From NCBI GenBank assembly GCA_964016885.1, contig OZ024740.1, positions 305,722,001 to 305,786,000 on the forward strand: a stretch of 64,000 bases of DNA, given 5' to 3'. Below are positions 58,565 through 64,000 of this stretch, one piece after another. The notes beneath the pieces were generated by a model that saw nothing but the letters and a program-made list of their open reading frames with translations, ran no database searches and was not told the origin of the DNA. This DNA is from Eledone cirrhosa. Its lineage: Eukaryota. How positions within the stretch are numbered: position 1 is the first letter of the stretch; each line of letters opens with the position of its first letter. The translations under genes were made by a program, and so were the position numbers.

Positions 58565-60996
58565 CTAACCACCACCACCACCACCACCACTATAAATAAC
58601 ATCACCACCACCACCACCACCACTATAAACGAGAACAGCACCACCACCACCACTATAAACAACATCAGCACCACCACTATAAACAACAACAGCACCACCA
58701 CCACCACTATAAACAACATCAGCACCACCACCACCACTATAAACAACAACAGCACCACCACCACCACCACTATAAACGAGAACAGCACCACCACCACCAC
58801 TATAAACAACATCAGCACCACCACCACCACTATAAACAACAACACCACCAGCACCAGCACCACTATAAACAACAACAGCACCACCACCACCACCACTATA
58901 AACGAGAACAGCACCACCACCACTATAAACAACAACAGCACCACCACCACCACCACCACCACTATAAACAACAACAGCACCACCACCACCACCACTATAA
59001 ACGAGAACAGCACCACCACCACTATAAACAACAACACCACCAGCACCACTATAAACAACATCAGCACCACCACCACCACTATAAACAACATCACCACCAC
59101 CACCACCACCACCACTATAAACAACAACAGCACCACCACCACCACCACTATAAACAACATCAGCACCACCACCACCACTATAAACAACAACAGCAGCACC
59201 ACCACCACCACTATAAACAACAACAGCACCACCACCACCACTATAAACAACATCAGCACCACCACCACCAATATAAACAACATCAGCACCACCACAACCA
59301 CTATAAACAACATCAGTACCACCACCACTATAAACAACATCAGCACCACCACCACCACCACTATAAACAACAACAGCACCACCACCACCACCACTATAAA
59401 CAACAACAGCACCACCACCACCACTATAAACAACATCAGCACCACCACCACCACTATAAACAACAGCACCACCACCACCACCACTATAAACAACAACAAC
59501 ACCACCACCACCACTATAAACAACATCACCACCACCACCACTATAAACAACAACAGCACCACCACTATAAACAACATCACCACCACCACCACTATAAACA
59601 CATCAGCACCACCACCACCACTATAAACAACAACAGCACCACCACCACCACTATAAACAACAACAGCACCACCACCACTATAAACAACACCACCACCACC
59701 ACTATAAACAACACCACCACCACCACCACCACTATAAACAACAACAGCACCACCACCACCACTATAAACAACATCAGCACCACCACCACCACTATAAACA
59801 ACATCAGCACCACCACCACCACCACTATAAACGACAACACCACCACCACCACCACCACTATAAACAACAACAGCACCACCACCACCACTATAAACAACAC
59901 CACCACCACCACCTCCACTATAAACAACAACAGCACCACCACCACCACTATAAACAACAACAGCACCACCACCACCACTATAAACGACAACACCACCACC
60001 ACCACCACCACTATAAACAACAACAGCACCACCACCACCACTATAAACAACAACAGCACCACCACCACCACTATAAACAACAACAGCACCACCACCACCA
60101 TAAACAACATCAGCACCACCACCACTATAAACAACATCACCACCACCACCACCACTATAAACAACACCACCACCACCACTATAAACAACAACAGCACCAC
60201 CACCACCACTATAAACAACAACAGCACCACCACCACCACTATAAACAACAACAGCACCACCACCACCACTATAAACAACAGCAGCACCACCACCACCACT
60301 ATAAACAGCACCACCACCACCACCACCACTATAAACAACAACAGCACCACCACCACCACTATAAACAACACCAGCACCACCACCACCACTATAAACAACA
60401 ACAGCACCACCACCACCACCACTATAAACAACAACAGCACCACCACCACCACCACTATAAACAACATCAGCACCACCACAACCACTATAAACAACATCAG
60501 TAGCTCCACCACCACTATAAACAACAACAGCACCACCACCACCACTATAAACAACATCAACACCACCACCACCATAAACAACAACAGCACCACCACCACC
60601 ACTATAAACAACAACAGCACCACCACCACCACCACTATAAACAACACCACCACCACCACCACCACTATAAACAACACCACCACCACTATAAACAACAATA
60701 GCACCACCACCACCACTATAAACAACATCAGCACCACCACCACCACCACTATAAACAACATCAGAACCACCACCACCACTATAAACAACAACAGCACCAC
60801 CACCACCATTATAAACAACATCAACACCACCACCACTATAAACAACAACAGCACCACCACCACCACTATAAACAACAACAGCACCATCACCACCACTATA
60901 AACAACATCAACACCACCACCACCACTATAAACAACATCAGCACCACCACCACCACTATAAACAACATCAGCACCACCACCACCACTATAAACAAC

Positions 60997-61029
<33 letters not shown>

Positions 61030-61208
61030 ATCACCACCACCATCACTATAAACAACATCAGCACCACCACAACCACTATAAACAACATCTGTAGCTCCAC
61101 CACCACTATAAACAACAACAGCACCACCACCACCACTATAAACAACATCAACACCACCACCACCACTATAAACAACATCAGCACCACCACCACCACTATA
61201 AACAACAA

Positions 61209-61239
<31 letters not shown>

Positions 61240-61260
61240 ATCACCACCACCACCATCAGC
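58565..61260. repeat. 2.7-kb minisatellite, unit about 27-36 bp, ACTATAAAC-AAC-A(A/T)C-AGC-(ACC)n
   Basis: Direct inspection. Confidence 0.95.
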
Positions 61261-61758
61261 AGCATCACTAACACCACCACCACCACCACCACCACCACCA
61301 CCACCACCACCAAGACCTCCACCACCGCCACCACAGACAGCCCTCGCCGCCACCACCATCACTACCACCATCACCACCACCACCACCATCACTAACACCA
61401 CCATCAGCACCGCTCACTACGAACACCAACAGCAGCAACAACAACAACAACAACACTAAGACCAACAGCAACGGAACAGCGCTAACCCAGCGTAAAAATA
61501 TGCGGGTAATATTTTGATGATGGGTAAGACAGTAGGAGGAAGACGAGAGGAGTAGAAAGAGGTGAAGGGTGATAGTGTTTTAGTCTCGTCTGCCCTTTGA
61601 CTGGCGACCATTTTCATAGAAGCCAGTTGCCAAGGATTAGCAATGTCGTTGGAACGTGTGTTGTTAAAAATACCAGCTTGTCTTTTGACCTAATCTTTGC
61701 CACACTCGACCCTAAGAGGATTTTGTATACCACTACTACCACCATTATTCTCCCCATT

Positions 61759-61837
<79 letters not shown>

Positions 61838-62788
61838 CATACACACACACACACGCGCGCACATGTACACACACACATGCACACACACACACACACACGC
61901 GCACACACACATGCACATACACACACACATACACACACACGCACGCACACAGGCATATACACACAAACACACTCGCACACACACACACACACACATGCAC
62001 ACACACATGTGCACATACACACACACATACACACACACACTCGCGCACACACACATGCACACACACACCCACCCACACACATGCACACCCACCCACGCGC
62101 ACATACACACACACACGCACACAGACACACACATGCACACACACACATGGACACATGCACACACACACACACACACACACACAGAACAGCAGCAACTGCA
62201 ACAACAATCGTAACAACAGATGGTGAAGCAAGCTTCTAAGTGGTTGATCAAACAGGTAAACATAGCAGCCAAATCTCCCTTAAATCACACTCTACCGCCA
62301 TGAACAAGTGACATTCAATAACGTGGTTCTCTGCACATAAGAACAAAAAGAAAGTGTGATCACAGCTAGAATCCTTTTGATCATAAGTGCTCGGTCACTG
62401 CTGACCTGAAGCTAAAAACACCACCACCTCCATGCCAACCACCACTATCACCACCATCACCATGGCGACCACCATCACCACCACCACCGGCCGCCGCCGC
62501 CACCACCACCACAACCACTACCACCGCTACCACCACCATGCCAACCACCACCACCACCACTACCACCACCACCACCACCACCACCACCACCATCATCACC
62601 ATGCCGACCACCACCACCACCACCACCACCACCACCTTCTGAGATATGTCTTGTCGTAGCCATCAAAACCAGGCGGAACCCACCCTTCATCAGATCGAAC
62701 TGCTGTTGCTTTCTTCCATTGTGTGTGTGTGTGAGAGAGAGAGAAATAGAGAGGGAGAGTGAGCGAGAGAGAGAAAGAGAGAGCGAGT

Positions 62789-62823
<35 letters not shown>

Positions 62824-62923
62824 TGTTTGAGAAAGAGAGTGAGATTCTGTGTTAAAGTGAGAGATAGAATCTGTGTGTGTGAAAGAGAGTGTGTGTATGA
62901 GAAAGAGAGGGAGGGAGAGAGTT

Positions 62924-62983
<60 letters not shown>

Positions 62984-63089
62984 AGGTATATATTATCTCG
63001 CCGAGATTTGAAGTCAGAGCACAGAGAGTCAGAATGAATATGGTAAGGTATTCCATCTGACCCTCTAGCAATACCTTAGGACGTAAAAA

Positions 63090-63858
63090 CAAGTTATTTA
63101 AGCACAAAGCCAGCAATTTGAGGGACAGGAGAAAGTCAATTTAAATCGACTCCAGTACTTCATTGGTACTTTATTTTATCAACTGTGAAGAACTAAAGGG
63201 CAACGTTGACCTTGGCCAGATTTGAATACCGCAAAGTATTTGTGTGACGCTCTAACGATTAAATCAACCTCAGTGCGTTACTGGTATTTTATTTTATAGA
63301 CCCTGTAAGGATGAAAAGCAAAGCTAACCCCCGGCGGGATTTGAACTTAGAACGTAAAGTGCCGCAACTCTATGCTGCAAAGCATGTTGTCCGACACTCT
63401 AACGATACTGCCAATCCACCGCTCTGATGCAACTAGATAATGGTTTCTTATATAGGCACAAGGCCAGCGATTTGGGGGAGGGGAAAGTCGATTAAATCGA
63501 CCCCAGTGCGTGACTGGTACTTTATTTTATCGACCCTGCAAGGATGTAAGGCAAAGCTAACCACGGCGGGATTTGAACTTAGAAAGTAAAGTGCTGCAAC
63601 TCTATGCCGCAAAGCATGTTGTCCGATGCTCTTACGATACTGCCAATCCAGAGCCCTGATTCAACTAAATAATTGTTTCTACTTTTGGCACAAGGCCAGC
63701 AATTACCCAGTGTATTACTGGTACTTTATTGTATCGACCCCGTAAGGATGAAAGGCAAAGTGAACCTCGGCGGGATTTGAACTCAGACAATAAAGGGCCG
63801 TAACACTTTGCTGCAAAGCATGGCGTCAGACCCTCTACCGACACTGCCAATCCACCTA
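63090..63858 (-). mobile_element. Cluster of four head-to-tail SINE copies
   Basis: Family consensus repeated at about 63090, 63260, 63437 and 63668. Confidence 0.88.
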
Positions 63859-64000
63859 AATAATACAGACCATTTAGTGCAGCGCTCTCTGGTATCTTCT
63901 ATGTAGATACTCTTATTTAAGAAATCACCACCACCACCGCCAGCACTATCAACGTCATCGTTATCGCTGCTGCAGTCGCCGCCATCTTGTTGTTGTTGTC

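Noticed and set aside
58565-61260. CRISPR-like array (recurring ACTATAAAC)
   Set aside because: No unique spacers, eukaryotic context and no cas genes; it is a minisatellite.

Overview
Eukaryotic, AT-rich, microsatellite-saturated genomic DNA. The SINE and microsatellite landscape suggests an Octopus-like cephalopod (inference). Almost all ORFs in the track are translations of simple repeats. The only host gene I can support is a minus-strand PRDM14-like PR/SET zinc-finger gene with three phase-compatible exons (35042-34938, 21964-21804, 5054-4787); its zinc-finger and first exons were not found in the window. The introns and flanks hold many copies of a tRNA-derived SINE, a Tx1/L1-type LINE inserted exactly at the B-box of one SINE, a 5'-inverted CRE-clade fragment, RTE and R4-like fragments, and hAT and mariner MITEs. 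The most striking signal is a set of unrelated non-coding elements sitting in (TA)n tracts. Three carry minimal type I hammerhead ribozyme cores (two canonical, one variant), and most have fold-back inverted ends plus a unique 3' tail, consistent with a Penelope-like/retrozyme-type, TA-targeting retroposition system.
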